From Bacillota bacterium (lineage in GTDB: Bacteria; Bacillota; UBA994; UBA5500), in NCBI GenBank assembly GCA_050949055.1, contig JBMNFA010000007.1, positions 64,749 to 128,748 of the forward strand: 64,000 bases of DNA. Direction: 5' to 3'. Under the pieces are notes generated by a model, which ran no database searches, had not been told where the DNA came from, and worked only from the letters and a program-made list of their open reading frames with translations. The position numbers and the translations under genes were made by a program. Shown here piece after piece: positions 19,830 through 30,134 of the stretch. The stretch's first letter is position 1. Every line of letters begins with the position of its first letter.

Positions 19830-20375
19830 TTGATATTCAGTAGAATGGAGGATAGTCAAATGAGCAAGATTGATTTGGTAATCGGTGAAGTGCCCACCTC
19901 CGCAGGCACCTTTGGTGCGCTGGTATCACCCCAGGGCTTGGCCAGACTGACCTTTCCCGGCGAGCCCCTAGAAGTATGCGAGCAGTTTGCTCGTCGCTGG
20001 TGGCCGCAGGGACAGATCGTCCCTGACGACGGTCGCCTGCAGCCGATTGTAGAGCAGTTGCAGGCCTACTTCCAAGGTAAATTGCGCACATTCAGCTTAC
20101 CTCTGCACATGCAGGGTACCCCCTTTCAGCAGCAGGTATGGGCCGCCTTGCAGCAAGTTCCCTTCGGCCAGACCCGCTCTTATGCGGACCTCGCCGCAAG
20201 CATCGGAAACCCAAGAGCAGTGAGGGCAGTGGGCAGGGCCAATGGTGCCAACCCGGTGCCAGTTATTGTTCCCTGCCACCGCATCATCGGCAAGAGTGGC
20301 AAGCTGGTAGGCTATGCTGGCGGCCTGGAAATCAAACAGATGTTGCTCGAGTTAGAAGGGATAACGCTGGCGTAA
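19830..20375 (+). CDS. ogt: Methylated-DNA--protein-cysteine methyltransferase
   Basis: Active site PCHRIIG. Confidence 0.85.
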   Translation: MIFSRMEDSQMSKIDLVIGEVPTSAGTFGALVSPQGLARLTFPGEPLEVCEQFARRWWPQGQIVPDDGRLQPIVEQLQAYFQGKLRTFSLPLHMQGTPFQQQVWAALQQVPFGQTRSYADLAASIGNPRAVRAVGRANGANPVPVIVPCHRIIGKSGKLVGYAGGLEIKQMLLELEGITLA

Positions 20376-20383
20376 AACGGACT

Positions 20384-20441
20384 GGACATGGGGACGGTTC
20401 TGCTGTCCGGCCCGCCGGACAGCAGAACCGTCCCCATGTCC
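20384..20441. repeat. Perfect 27-bp-stem palindrome (4-nt loop) immediately after ogt
   Basis: GGACATGGGGACGGTTCTGCTGTCCGG-cccg-CCGGACAGCAGAACCGTCCCCATGTCC. Confidence 0.6.
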
Positions 20442-20594
20442 GGATAAGTGTTTCACGTGCAGAAATTTTGCCAGGGACTTTCCTACTCAAAGTGGTATAC
20501 TGTAGTATATTGATGCATTTTTAATTGCGTACAACAGGATCCATTTCCAAGGACAGTTTGGTTTGATTGCATAATACAGTATCACTTTGGAGGA

Positions 20595-21830
20595 TTGCCT
20601 AAGATGAATGATAGCAGGAGAGCATGGCTGTTTTTCGCAGTAAGCACTCTGTTTAGCATGGCTGCCAGTTCGGTGCATCCAGTTACGCCAACCATCATCC
20701 AGCAAAGAGGTTTTGGCGATTATATGTTTGGCGTCGCGTTGGCCGCAATGATGACGGCCAATTTTCTCTTTTCTCCCTTCTGGGGCCAGTTGGTCAATTA
20801 TATCTCCAGTCGCCGGGTGATTCTGATTGGTTGTCTGGGGTATGCTATTGGCCAAGCCGGGTTTGGCCTGGCCGGCAGCGAGGGAATGATGGTGGCAGCC
20901 CGCATGTTCGCTGGCATCTTCACTGGCGGCATTTTTACCGCTACCCTCACCTATGTGGTCAACACAGCACCGCCAGAAAAGCGCAGCAATTTCCTTACCG
21001 TATCTGCCACCATCCAGACGGTGGCCAGTGCTTTTGGCTATTTCGTAGGTGGCATGTTGGGCGAGATCGGCGTCAATGTGGCGGTGGTGATGCAGGTTTC
21101 TGTTCTGGTGGTCTCTGGGGTGCTGTTCTACCTGGTCTGTTGTGACGACGCAGTGACTGAGGTCCGCGAGATCAAAGTAGGTCAATTGTTCCGCAAGGCA
21201 AATCCTGTGTCCGCTTTCCTCGCCGGCAGCCGCATCATGACTCCGCTGTTGGTTTCCATCTTCGCCGTGGCCGCTTTAGCTAACCTGGGCAACAGCGGCT
21301 TCGACCAAAGCTTTAATTACTATCTGAAGGCTCAACTGGGGCTATCTTCTGGATACAACGGCGCTATTAAGGCGCTTATCGGCATCGTCTCGCTGGTCGC
21401 GAATAGCTCCATCGCCATGTGGCTGATCAAAAAGACCGATATCCGTCGCTCCATTATTCATGTCTACCTGCTCTGCTCCATTGCCATGTTGGGAGTAGTA
21501 TTGCTGAATGCCACCGTGCCTTTTGTAGCGGCCAACGTGATCTATTTTGGCTTCTTTGCTGTCAGTGTGCCGCTGACTCAAAGCTTGGCAGCCGATCGTG
21601 CGAGAGGGGCAGACAGCAATCTGACCATGGGTTTCTACAATGGGTTGAAGTCCTTGGGTGGCATCTTCGGAGCTCTAGCGGCTGGATTGCTCTACACAGT
21701 CAATCCCAAGTGGCCCTTCGTGCTGGGCCTGGCGGCGTTTCTTACCGCCACTGTGGTAGTGTGGTACCACTATTCCCTCAGCAAGCAGGAGGATGTCCGG
21801 ACGGCCAAAGGCAAGTCTGTCACCGCATAA
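20595..21830 (+). CDS. MFS transporter (12 TM)
   Basis: Hydropathy pattern plus an MFS motif in loop 2-3; 411 aa. A terminator hairpin with a T-run follows at 21851..21891. Confidence 0.75.
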   Translation: MPKMNDSRRAWLFFAVSTLFSMAASSVHPVTPTIIQQRGFGDYMFGVALAAMMTANFLFSPFWGQLVNYISSRRVILIGCLGYAIGQAGFGLAGSEGMMVAARMFAGIFTGGIFTATLTYVVNTAPPEKRSNFLTVSATIQTVASAFGYFVGGMLGEIGVNVAVVMQVSVLVVSGVLFYLVCCDDAVTEVREIKVGQLFRKANPVSAFLAGSRIMTPLLVSIFAVAALANLGNSGFDQSFNYYLKAQLGLSSGYNGAIKALIGIVSLVANSSIAMWLIKKTDIRRSIIHVYLLCSIAMLGVVLLNATVPFVAANVIYFGFFAVSVPLTQSLAADRARGADSNLTMGFYNGLKSLGGIFGALAAGLLYTVNPKWPFVLGLAAFLTATVVVWYHYSLSKQEDVRTAKGKSVTA

Positions 21831-22005
21831 TCAACCAGTCAGTGAGCGCAGGAACCACCTCAGGGTTAGGCTGAGGTGGTTCCTTTTATTCCATAGCCCT
21901 GCTATCCGTTACCATGCTGAGTGCGGAGAGGAATCTAAAACCTCGCGGTTCCAGAGCAGAGTTCGCTAAGCCTCAGGACGGTTTGACCAGATAAGCCTTC
22001 CGATT

Positions 22006-23988
22006 TCATCTTTGCAGATACTCTCGTACCCGCTCCAGCCGGTCGACTACCGGCACTCCCGCCGGCAGCGATTGTGCGACAAGCTCGCGCAGTTGCCCCT
22101 CTTCACCCAGGTCCAGCACGGCAATTACGCCGCGATCGCTGCTGGTACGAATCAGGCGACCGTAACCTTGACGCAGTCTGATCAGCATGGCTGTCAAGTC
22201 CACGGCGCGCCATGGGTCAAGACCAGCTTGCTCCGCAGCCTCCCGCTTGCTGAGCAATAAGGGATCGGGTTCGGGGAACGGCAGGCTGAGGACGATTACC
22301 AGGGATAGAGCATCGCCTGGTATATCCACTCCCTCCCAGAAGGAGGTGCCGCTGAGCACTGAGTCAGTCTGTTCCTGAAATCGCCTCAGCAACCAACCCC
22401 GTTCAGCATCGCCTTCCCATAGCAACGGAAAGGGTAACGTTTTGCTCTGTGCGAACTGGCGCCACGCCTCCAAATCACTTGCGCTGCTGACCAGCACCAG
22501 GCCTTTACCCCCGTTTTGCAGCAGCAGCTGCAAGCACTGTTCTGCTCGTTGCTCCCAGCTGGACCGACGCTCGCTGGGCAGATAGGCGCACATCTGTTCT
22601 GCCAGTTGAAAGGAAGTTGTCACAAAGGACTCCTTGGCCTGCGGAAGGCCCAGCAGTTGTTTCATGCCCGCAAAAGAACCGGCCGCTTGCAGCGTGGCCG
22701 AGGTGAAAATCAGCGGTTGATGTTCCTTGAGCAACTCCTGCCCAATCAGCGTGCCAAAGCTGCTAGGTAGCACCCACAGGGTGTCGCTGTCTGGCTCCCA
22801 CCAGACCACTTGCTCCCCGGCTGGTTGGCTCAGCAGCCTTAACGTTGCCTCTGCCTGCTCCAGCCGTTCTGTGGCCACCAAGAGCTCTGTCTCAAGAGGA
22901 GTCCACAGGTGTTGTTCTGTCTCAATGGCCACCTGATCGGCTGCCTCCCGTACAGAGTGTCGGCAGTGTTCGGCAGCGTTGATCAGGTCCTGATCCACGC
23001 GCACAAACCAACGCTGCATGACATCGCTGGGCAGCACTGTTCGCTGCAGTTCGGTGTAGAAACGGCGTGCGCTCACCAGCAACCGCTGCAGTGCCGCCAG
23101 CAGTTTGGATCGCAGTCGCTGGCGGTTAGCCCAGAGTGATTGATACAGACCCTCTATCAGTGGCTGACGGAAGCTATTCCCCAACTGCTCGATTGCGGGG
23201 CGCTCCAACAGATGCCCCTCGTCAAAGATGCAGGCTGATGATGCGGGAAGCAAAGGCGGCAAACCTTCCTGGTCCCGTTTGGCCTTGCTCCACAGATGCC
23301 GAAAAAACTGATCGTGGCTCGCCACCACGAAGTCCGTGGCAGCCCAAATGTGCAGCCGATTCCTGGCCACCTGGCAGTAGCCGCGATGCTGGCAGTGATC
23401 GCAAGCCAGGCTCTCGTCCCAGGCAACCGTCTGCCACAGCTCGTCGCTCACCTCAGGTATTTCTGCTCGGTCCCCCAATGCGGTGCTAAGTTTCCATTCG
23501 TTCAGTCTCCGCAACTCTGGGGTATCCATCTCCAGCCAAGGTTCCCGTTCAGCTTTTCGCTGACAGAGGTAGTTGCGGGGATCCTTGGCCACGCGGACAT
23601 CGATGTTCAGTCCCAGCAAGCGAGAGAGCTGATCGACGTCTCCGCGCTTTCCCGCCAATTGCTCTTGTAGCAGGGAAGAGGCGCTGGAGAGGATTACCGG
23701 TTTGCTGCTGAAACGGGCATAGCAGATGGCAGGCAGCAAATAAGCGAAAGTCTTGCCTGTTCCGGATCCGGCTTCCGCCAGTAGGACATCCTGATGGCAG
23801 AGGGCTTCGGCGATGCGAAATGAAGTGTAGATCTGTTCTTCGCGCACCTCGTATCCCCGCGACGGTAGCACCTCATAGAACTGCTCGCCCAGCCAATCCA
23901 TCAGCTTCTTGCGGAAATCATCACTGGTGGTGTAACGAAAGGGCACCTCTAGCCAACGCAGTTGACTCACCAAAAAACCTCCTCGCAT
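22006..23988 (-). CDS. dinG: DinG/Rad3-family ATP-dependent DNA helicase
   Basis: Walker A EAGSGTGKT and DEAH-box IFDEGHLL. Length 660 aa. Confidence 0.75.
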   Translation of the reverse strand: MRGGFLVSQLRWLEVPFRYTTSDDFRKKLMDWLGEQFYEVLPSRGYEVREEQIYTSFRIAEALCHQDVLLAEAGSGTGKTFAYLLPAICYARFSSKPVILSSASSLLQEQLAGKRGDVDQLSRLLGLNIDVRVAKDPRNYLCQRKAEREPWLEMDTPELRRLNEWKLSTALGDRAEIPEVSDELWQTVAWDESLACDHCQHRGYCQVARNRLHIWAATDFVVASHDQFFRHLWSKAKRDQEGLPPLLPASSACIFDEGHLLERPAIEQLGNSFRQPLIEGLYQSLWANRQRLRSKLLAALQRLLVSARRFYTELQRTVLPSDVMQRWFVRVDQDLINAAEHCRHSVREAADQVAIETEQHLWTPLETELLVATERLEQAEATLRLLSQPAGEQVVWWEPDSDTLWVLPSSFGTLIGQELLKEHQPLIFTSATLQAAGSFAGMKQLLGLPQAKESFVTTSFQLAEQMCAYLPSERRSSWEQRAEQCLQLLLQNGGKGLVLVSSASDLEAWRQFAQSKTLPFPLLWEGDAERGWLLRRFQEQTDSVLSGTSFWEGVDIPGDALSLVIVLSLPFPEPDPLLLSKREAAEQAGLDPWRAVDLTAMLIRLRQGYGRLIRTSSDRGVIAVLDLGEEGQLRELVAQSLPAGVPVVDRLERVREYLQR

Positions 23989-24146
23989 CCCTTGACGCCG
24001 GGTATTGCAGGTGCTATAATTGTTAGTGTATAAGGGAAGGTGTTTCTATTCACAAGAAGGCATCCCGAAACTTAATTATAGACCTAACACTGGTCACTGT
24101 CAATCGGTCCCGCAATGGGGTCGTTTTTGTTATGGTTCCCCAAAAC

Positions 24147-24178
24147 GAAACAGATGGGACTGCTCCCATCTGTTTGTG
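24147..24178 (-). terminator. Rho-independent terminator for the yheO-like/phosphatase operon (minus strand)
   Basis: The ACAGATGGGA..TCCCATCTGT hairpin is followed by a U-run on the minus strand. Confidence 0.55.
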
Positions 24179-24188
24179 TTATATCCGT

Positions 24189-24743
24189 TTAGAACTCGTA
24201 TGTGGCAATGACGCAATTGCCCAGGCTGTAGGCGTGCATCTCCTCATCTGTCAATTGGTTGAAGTAGCGGTGTATCTCTCGGGAGACATACCCGTGGGTG
24301 ACCAGCAGCACCGTCTTCCCCGCGAAGTTAGCAATGATCCTCTCCATGCCCCTAATTACCCGTTCTCTTACTTCCCGCATCGTCTCTGCCCCGTCAGGCG
24401 CGAAGTCCAGCTGGCGCAGCGCGTCCTGCTGCCAGAACAGCGGATACTGCGCCCTAATCTCCTCTCGGGTGAGACCTTCGTAAACTCCCATGCACCGCTC
24501 GCGAAAATCATCCCAAATTAGCATCGTTTCTTTGGCCTGGGGCATCAGGAGCTCTGCCGTCTGCCTTGCCCGCCGCAACGGCGAGCAGATCACGACATCT
24601 ATCTCATGCCGAGGCAGGTTCTCTGCAGCAGCCTCGGCTTGCGCGACGCCGGTGTCATTTAAAGGGACATCCTGGCTACCGCAATATCTGCCCAATGCGT
24701 TACTCTCTGTCTCGCCATGCCTGACTACCAACAATTTACCCAT
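24189..24743 (-). CDS. Histidine phosphatase family protein (phosphoglycerate mutase-like)
   Basis: RHGETESN catalytic motif; 184 aa. Confidence 0.75.
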   Translation of the reverse strand: MGKLLVVRHGETESNALGRYCGSQDVPLNDTGVAQAEAAAENLPRHEIDVVICSPLRRARQTAELLMPQAKETMLIWDDFRERCMGVYEGLTREEIRAQYPLFWQQDALRQLDFAPDGAETMREVRERVIRGMERIIANFAGKTVLLVTHGYVSREIHRYFNQLTDEEMHAYSLGNCVIATYEF

Positions 24744-25517
24744 TCAATTCCCCTCCGCAAAACCTACATTGGCTCTATTCTGGCACGCCAGCTGGCGCAG
24801 ACTGCAATAGGGAATTGGGTTTCCCTTCTCGCAGTCCAGGCAGTCGACGCCCTCGAGTTCCTTCATGTACTTGTAGATGGTGTAGCGGGATACGTTTAGC
24901 TGCTTGGCTACGAAAGGAATGGACTTTTGATACTCAAAGGCACCTTCCCTTCTCAGCATCAGAATCAAATGCAGCCGATCTCGCTTTTTCATCTCGGAAG
25001 CTTTCACTCCAATCTTACTTAAGCAAGCTGCATAAATTTCCTCGATGCGGCCTCGCCTCGGGTCTACCGCAGGTGGAGGCGCGTCGGTAGGTGTGCCGAT
25101 CATGTCCTTTAGGATTTCTTTGGCGGCAGCGATCGGGGTGTAATCATAGTTGATGGTCAGGCTATAGTGATAACCCTTTCCCTGGGCGTGAATGGTGGTG
25201 CTTTTCATTCCTTTACCTGCGCGTTTGATTAGCAGGTGCTTTGGTCCCTGGGAGAGCTTGGTGTCTGCGCTATCTGCGGTTCTGTCAGCTTCATTGTGGG
25301 TGATCGCTGGTAACGGCCCGACTTCCGAGCTACTGGTGCTGCCGCTATAAACGGCCACTACAGGATGATTATCTGAGCCTAGATCTTGAACAACTGTTTG
25401 ACAATTTCGCCCGAACGTGCAGGCTATGCTGGCGGCAATCTCGGTCAATAGTTGTTTTATCCTTTCCTTTTCCACATAGACACCCAATTCATTAGTTTTT
25501 TGAAGTTTCACAACCAT
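24744..25517 (-). CDS. YheO-like PAS-domain transcriptional regulator with C-terminal HTH and Cys-rich tail
   Basis: C-terminal HTH_22-like segment IPFVAKQLNVSRYTIYKYMKEL, and a tail CLDCEKGNPIPYCSLRQLAC. Confidence 0.5.
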   Translation of the reverse strand: MVVKLQKTNELGVYVEKERIKQLLTEIAASIACTFGRNCQTVVQDLGSDNHPVVAVYSGSTSSSEVGPLPAITHNEADRTADSADTKLSQGPKHLLIKRAGKGMKSTTIHAQGKGYHYSLTINYDYTPIAAAKEILKDMIGTPTDAPPPAVDPRRGRIEEIYAACLSKIGVKASEMKKRDRLHLILMLRREGAFEYQKSIPFVAKQLNVSRYTIYKYMKELEGVDCLDCEKGNPIPYCSLRQLACQNRANVGFAEGN

Positions 25518-25733
25518 CTTTACAGGGCAATTATAACATTTATTCTGTCTTTGGGAAGATTGTTTGTCTGATTCAATGTCTTCTGGGCCAGCGTGTTCTG
25601 GGAAGACTGCCTACCGTTTACTCGGTTTGCGCCAAGGGATTCGTATCTGCCTGCGTTTCCACAGGCGAAAGGAATTGCATTGCATGCCGGCGAATTATAA
25701 CTGTTATGCTTTACTTGTAAAGGAGGATGCTAC

Positions 25734-26882
25734 ATGCAGTACAGGAGTTTTGGCCGGGACCAGGAGACCAAGGTTTCTGCCCTCGGTTTCGGTGCCATGC
25801 GCCTTCCGATTGTTGACGGTGATTCCAGCAAAATCAATGAACCGGAAGCGATCAAGATGATTCGCTACGCCATCGACCATGGTGTCAACTATGTAGACAC
25901 CGCCTACAATTACCACGGCGGCAACAGCGAGTATCTGGTAGCCATTGCTTTGCAGGGTGGGTACCGGGAGAAGGTATACTTGGCCACCAAGTGTCCCACC
26001 TGGTTGGTGGAACAGCCTGAGGACTTTGACCGCCTGCTGAACGAGCAACTGCAGAAATTGAACACCGATCACATCGACATGTACCTCTTGCACTCGTTGG
26101 ACCCTAGCCGCTGGGAGAATTGCGTCAAGAATGATGTCTTTAACTTCGTTGCTCGCGCCAAGGCAGACGGAAGAATCAAGCGTATCGGCTTCTCCTTCCA
26201 TTCCGAGTTACCGCTGTTCAAGCAGATTGTGGATGCGCATCAGTGGGATTTCTGTCAGATTCAGTTCAACTACATGGACGAGAATTATCAGGCGGGTCTA
26301 GAGGGTTTACGCTATGCCGCTAACAAGGGCCTGGCCGTGGTGATCATGGAGCCTTTGCGCGGCGGCAGGCTGACCAACAATGTGCCCAGTGAAGTGCAGG
26401 CCATCTGGGACCAGGCGCCGATCAAACGTAGCGCCGCCGAGTGGGCGCTGCGCTGGGTGTGGAATTTCCCAGAGGTATCTCTATTGCTAAGCGGCATGAG
26501 CAATATGCAGCATGTGGAGGAAAACGTGCGCATAGCTGGCCAGGCCCAGGCCAATTCACTGACTGACGAGGAGTTGGCGCTGGTAAGTCGGGCCAAGGAG
26601 TTTTATCTTGGTCGGACCAAGGTGCACTGCACCGGTTGCGAGTATTGTCTGCCCTGCCCAGCCGGAGTGGCAATTCCTTCTCTGTTCACCATGTATAACG
26701 AGGCGTCTATCTATAACTTGCCCCGCGAGCGCGTGTTGCAGAGTTATGCCAGGATGGCCGAGGGCAATAAGCATGCCGCCCTTTGTTTGGAGTGCGGCCA
26801 GTGTGAAGACGCCTGTCCGCAGAATCTGCCCATCCGCAGGCACTTGAAAGCAGTGCATCAGGAGTACGGGCAGGAGAAGTAG
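25734..26882 (+). CDS. Aldo/keto reductase fused to C-terminal 4Fe-4S ferredoxin domain
   Basis: AKR catalytic core (D..Y..K..H) with C-terminal CTGCEYCLPCP and CLECGQCEDACP motifs. Confidence 0.8.
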   Translation: MQYRSFGRDQETKVSALGFGAMRLPIVDGDSSKINEPEAIKMIRYAIDHGVNYVDTAYNYHGGNSEYLVAIALQGGYREKVYLATKCPTWLVEQPEDFDRLLNEQLQKLNTDHIDMYLLHSLDPSRWENCVKNDVFNFVARAKADGRIKRIGFSFHSELPLFKQIVDAHQWDFCQIQFNYMDENYQAGLEGLRYAANKGLAVVIMEPLRGGRLTNNVPSEVQAIWDQAPIKRSAAEWALRWVWNFPEVSLLLSGMSNMQHVEENVRIAGQAQANSLTDEELALVSRAKEFYLGRTKVHCTGCEYCLPCPAGVAIPSLFTMYNEASIYNLPRERVLQSYARMAEGNKHAALCLECGQCEDACPQNLPIRRHLKAVHQEYGQEK

Positions 26883-27042
26883 CGCAAGCTTAGCCCCATC
26901 AGAAGAGGCGCACCAGCACATATAGAGGAAGGCTTGAATGATTCTCGGCCTCTTAATTGCCTGGTCGCCTGCCCGACTTGACTGCCTCAGGATTTTCCGT
27001 GCCCTGGATGGTACAAACTAGTGACCGGAAGGAGTTGAGGGA

Positions 27043-27315
27043 ATGACCGACTACATGAATGATCAGCAGTACCGCAAGGCTTGTCGTTATCGGGTGCAGG
27101 AGACGTTGGAAGGTTTAGCTGGGGCTTGGACGGTGCCCGACCAGCAGATAGATAATCAACTAATTGACAATAGCATCCTCTGGTTGCAGCGCACCCTGGA
27201 TGAGCTGCACTATTTCCGCGAGAAGATCGCCCATGCGTCAGACGGGGAGCCCAAGCCGGGTTTCATCGATGAGCGCATTCAGGATGCCCGCGGCGCAACG
27301 AAACGCGGTCTCTAG
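27043..27315 (+). CDS. Hypothetical protein (90 aa), first gene of the arginine-deiminase/nfo operon
   Basis: RBS GGAAGGAG before the ATG; no recognised domain. Confidence 0.3.
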   Translation: MTDYMNDQQYRKACRYRVQETLEGLAGAWTVPDQQIDNQLIDNSILWLQRTLDELHYFREKIAHASDGEPKPGFIDERIQDARGATKRGL

Positions 27316-27338
27316 AAAAATTCTCGGGAGGTGAGCAG

Positions 27339-28547
27339 GTGGCGCAGCTCTCCATTACATCTGAAGTGGGAACTTTGAAGCGGGTGTTGGTGCATCGCCC
27401 CGGCCCGGAGTTGCAGAACCTAACGCCCCGTTACCTGAAAGAGATGCTGTTTGATGAAATACCCTGGTTGGACTTGGCTCAACAGGAACATGACGAGTTT
27501 GTGCAGGCATTACGCCAACACGGGGTAGAGGTTTATTACATCGAGGAACTGGTCAAGGAGATTCTGCAGCAACCTGGGGTCAGGCACAAGCTACTGCAGG
27601 CACATCTCCAGGCTTGTGACCTGCATTACTCGGCAGAACATGACGTGGTCAAACAATACCTGGAACAGCTTTCCCCCGATGAGCTGGTGGCAAAGCTAAT
27701 TGCCGGCGTGCACAAGAAAGAAATCCTCCCCTTAAAGACACGTCCATCGCTCAGCGACTTGATTGGACGGCAATTTCCGTTCATTCTTTCTCCACTGCCC
27801 AGCATGTATTTCACCCGGGACCACGGCACTATGATCGGCCCCTGCCTGATGCTCAGCCGGATGTACAACTTCTCCCGCCAGCGGGAAAACGTCTTCCTGC
27901 GCCTGCTGCAGGAGCACCATCCACTGTTCACGCGAACTGACCTCTGCTTCCTGGATCAGCTGCCGGTAGGACTGGAGGGCGGAGACGTACTGGTGCTGAG
28001 TGAGGATGTGTTGGCCATCGGCATGAGTGAACGCACTACCGCTTCCGCCATCGAGGCGGCAGCCGAGCGGTTGCTCAGACAAGGGCGAGTGAGAAGCATT
28101 CTAGTGATGGCCATTCCTGCCCGTCGGGCATATATGCACCTGGACACTGTCTTCACCGCCGTGGACCGGGATCAATTCCTGCTCTATCCCGGGATTGAAC
28201 ATGAACTGGCGGTATATTGTCTGGAGTTGGGTTCTATGGGGGACGTGGAGGCGCGGGCCTGTGGAGAGCTCTCGTCAGCCCTGGCTGAAGCTTTGCGCTT
28301 GCCGGCGGTCAACTTGATCCGCTCTGGCGGCGACGATCCGATCACCGCTGCTCGTGAACAGTGGAATGACAGCACCAACACCGTGGCGCTATCCCCTGGC
28401 AAGGTGATTACCTACGATCGCAATTTGGTCACCAACCGGATCCTACGCGAAAACGGTATCGAGGTGGTGGAGGTGCGGGGGGCAGAACTGGTGCGTGGCC
28501 GAGGTGGCCCCCATTGTATGACCCTGCCTCTGCTGCGTGAGGACTGA
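27339..28547 (+). CDS. arcA: Arginine deiminase family enzyme
   Basis: N-terminal SEVGTLKRVLVHRPGPEL...LFDEIP signature and the C-terminal catalytic-Cys motif GGPHCMT. Confidence 0.75.
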   Translation: MAQLSITSEVGTLKRVLVHRPGPELQNLTPRYLKEMLFDEIPWLDLAQQEHDEFVQALRQHGVEVYYIEELVKEILQQPGVRHKLLQAHLQACDLHYSAEHDVVKQYLEQLSPDELVAKLIAGVHKKEILPLKTRPSLSDLIGRQFPFILSPLPSMYFTRDHGTMIGPCLMLSRMYNFSRQRENVFLRLLQEHHPLFTRTDLCFLDQLPVGLEGGDVLVLSEDVLAIGMSERTTASAIEAAAERLLRQGRVRSILVMAIPARRAYMHLDTVFTAVDRDQFLLYPGIEHELAVYCLELGSMGDVEARACGELSSALAEALRLPAVNLIRSGGDDPITAAREQWNDSTNTVALSPGKVITYDRNLVTNRILRENGIEVVEVRGAELVRGRGGPHCMTLPLLRED

Positions 28548-28601
28548 GGCGGATAGTGCTATAATGGGCTGGACGTGATTCCACGAGAGGGGAGAGTCTG
28601 G

Positions 28602-29132
28602 ATGATCAAGTTGCGTACCAACCTGGAAGCTATCGAGGCCATGCTCTACTATTGGGATGCCACCAAGGACAAAGAGAAGGTTAACGAACGTTTTCTGCAC
28701 GACTTCGCCGCCCTTCCGGCTATGACCATGGCTTACGACCAGGAGTTTGATGCCGAGGCGGTGCGCAAAGTGCTCAGCGGAATTACCAATCGCGAGCCTC
28801 TGCGCCCAGCTAACAAGAAAGAAGGCCGCTTTTTCAACAACAACCTGTGGATGCTGGAGGACCTTAGCCTGACGCAGTCAATGGCCCAGTCGATCAAGGT
28901 GCTGAACTTGGATCAGTTGGCAGCTGAGCTGTCAGAAGAATTTAAGGTTGACCGCACCATCACCGTCTACTTCGCTCCCTTGCATCTGGACGAAGTCTAT
29001 CTGCGTCCAGAGAAGGATGCGATCATTCTCAACTTCTTCCGGCTACAGCCTGACTTCATGGGCGGCGTCAACTTCTGCAACCAGCCGCTCGCCGACTACC
29101 TGGCTGCACAGCTGCGGCAGTTGCTGCAATGA
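28602..29132 (+). CDS. Hypothetical protein (about 176 aa)
   Basis: ORF in an operon context; no recognised domain. Its stop overlaps the nfo start (ATGA). Confidence 0.3.
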   Translation: MIKLRTNLEAIEAMLYYWDATKDKEKVNERFLHDFAALPAMTMAYDQEFDAEAVRKVLSGITNREPLRPANKKEGRFFNNNLWMLEDLSLTQSMAQSIKVLNLDQLAAELSEEFKVDRTITVYFAPLHLDEVYLRPEKDAIILNFFRLQPDFMGGVNFCNQPLADYLAAQLRQLLQ

Positions 29133-29983
29133 GCGGTCAAGTGCTACGCATCGGTGCCTTCTTATCCATTGCCAAGGGTGTGGACAAAGTGGTGCCGCAA
29201 GCGGTGGAGATTGGAGCCAACACCTTTCAATTCTTTACTCGCAACCCCCGGGGCGGTGCAGCCCGCGCCATAGGTGAAGCGGAGATTGCCTGTTGGCTCA
29301 AGCTGCGTCAAGCAGAGGATATTTTTCATGTCTGCGGCCACCTGCCCTACACGGTGAATCCAGCCAGTGACAAGGACAAACTGATCGATTTCGCCACCAT
29401 GGTGGTGCGAGACGATCTGCAACGCATGTCTGCGTTACAGATTGAGTATTTAGTCATGCATCCCGGCAGTGCGGGGGACCAGCGAGAAGTCGCTCTGGAA
29501 CGAGTGATCCGAGTCTTGGACAAAGGGCTATCAGGGTATGATGGCGACGCTTGGTTGCTGTTGGAGACGATGGCTCTACAGGGTAACGAGATCGGCAGTC
29601 TGCATGATTTGGGCACCATTTGGAAGGGGTTGGGTAGGCCGCCGCAGGTGGGAGTCTGCCTGGACTCGTGCCACCTATTTGGTGCCGGCTATGATTTCAG
29701 AGTGCGCAGCGAAGTAGAGCGCCTGGTGGAAGACATCGACCGCCATGTCGGTTTGGATCGGGCGCGGGTCCTGCATCTCAACGACAGCAAAATGCCTGCC
29801 GGCAGTCACCGGGACCGCCATGCCAACATCGGTGAGGGTGAGATTGGCCGCCAGGGTTTTGAGAATTTGCTCAACCACCCCTGGATACGCACCTTGTCCT
29901 GGCATCTGGAGACTCCGGTGGACAGCTACCGTGACTATGCCCGAGACATCGCAACCGTAAAGGATATTGCAGGCGCGCAGTGA
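29129..29983 (+). CDS. nfo: Endonuclease IV (AP endonuclease, xylose-isomerase TIM barrel)
   Basis: LHLNDSK...RDRHANIGEGEIG metal-ligand signature. Confidence 0.85.
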   Translation: MSGQVLRIGAFLSIAKGVDKVVPQAVEIGANTFQFFTRNPRGGAARAIGEAEIACWLKLRQAEDIFHVCGHLPYTVNPASDKDKLIDFATMVVRDDLQRMSALQIEYLVMHPGSAGDQREVALERVIRVLDKGLSGYDGDAWLLLETMALQGNEIGSLHDLGTIWKGLGRPPQVGVCLDSCHLFGAGYDFRVRSEVERLVEDIDRHVGLDRARVLHLNDSKMPAGSHRDRHANIGEGEIGRQGFENLLNHPWIRTLSWHLETPVDSYRDYARDIATVKDIAGAQ

Positions 29984-30134
29984 GAATTGGTCCCTGGGCA
30001 TATTGATTTTCTGCTGGGGCCGTGTCTTAGCTTCCTTCAAGCCCAGCGATGAATCTGGCTTTCGCGGGCATTCAGGATGATAAGAGCAGGCGCAACAGCT
30101 GCCTTTTGGCGGCGACTGCGCCTGCTTTTCCTGT

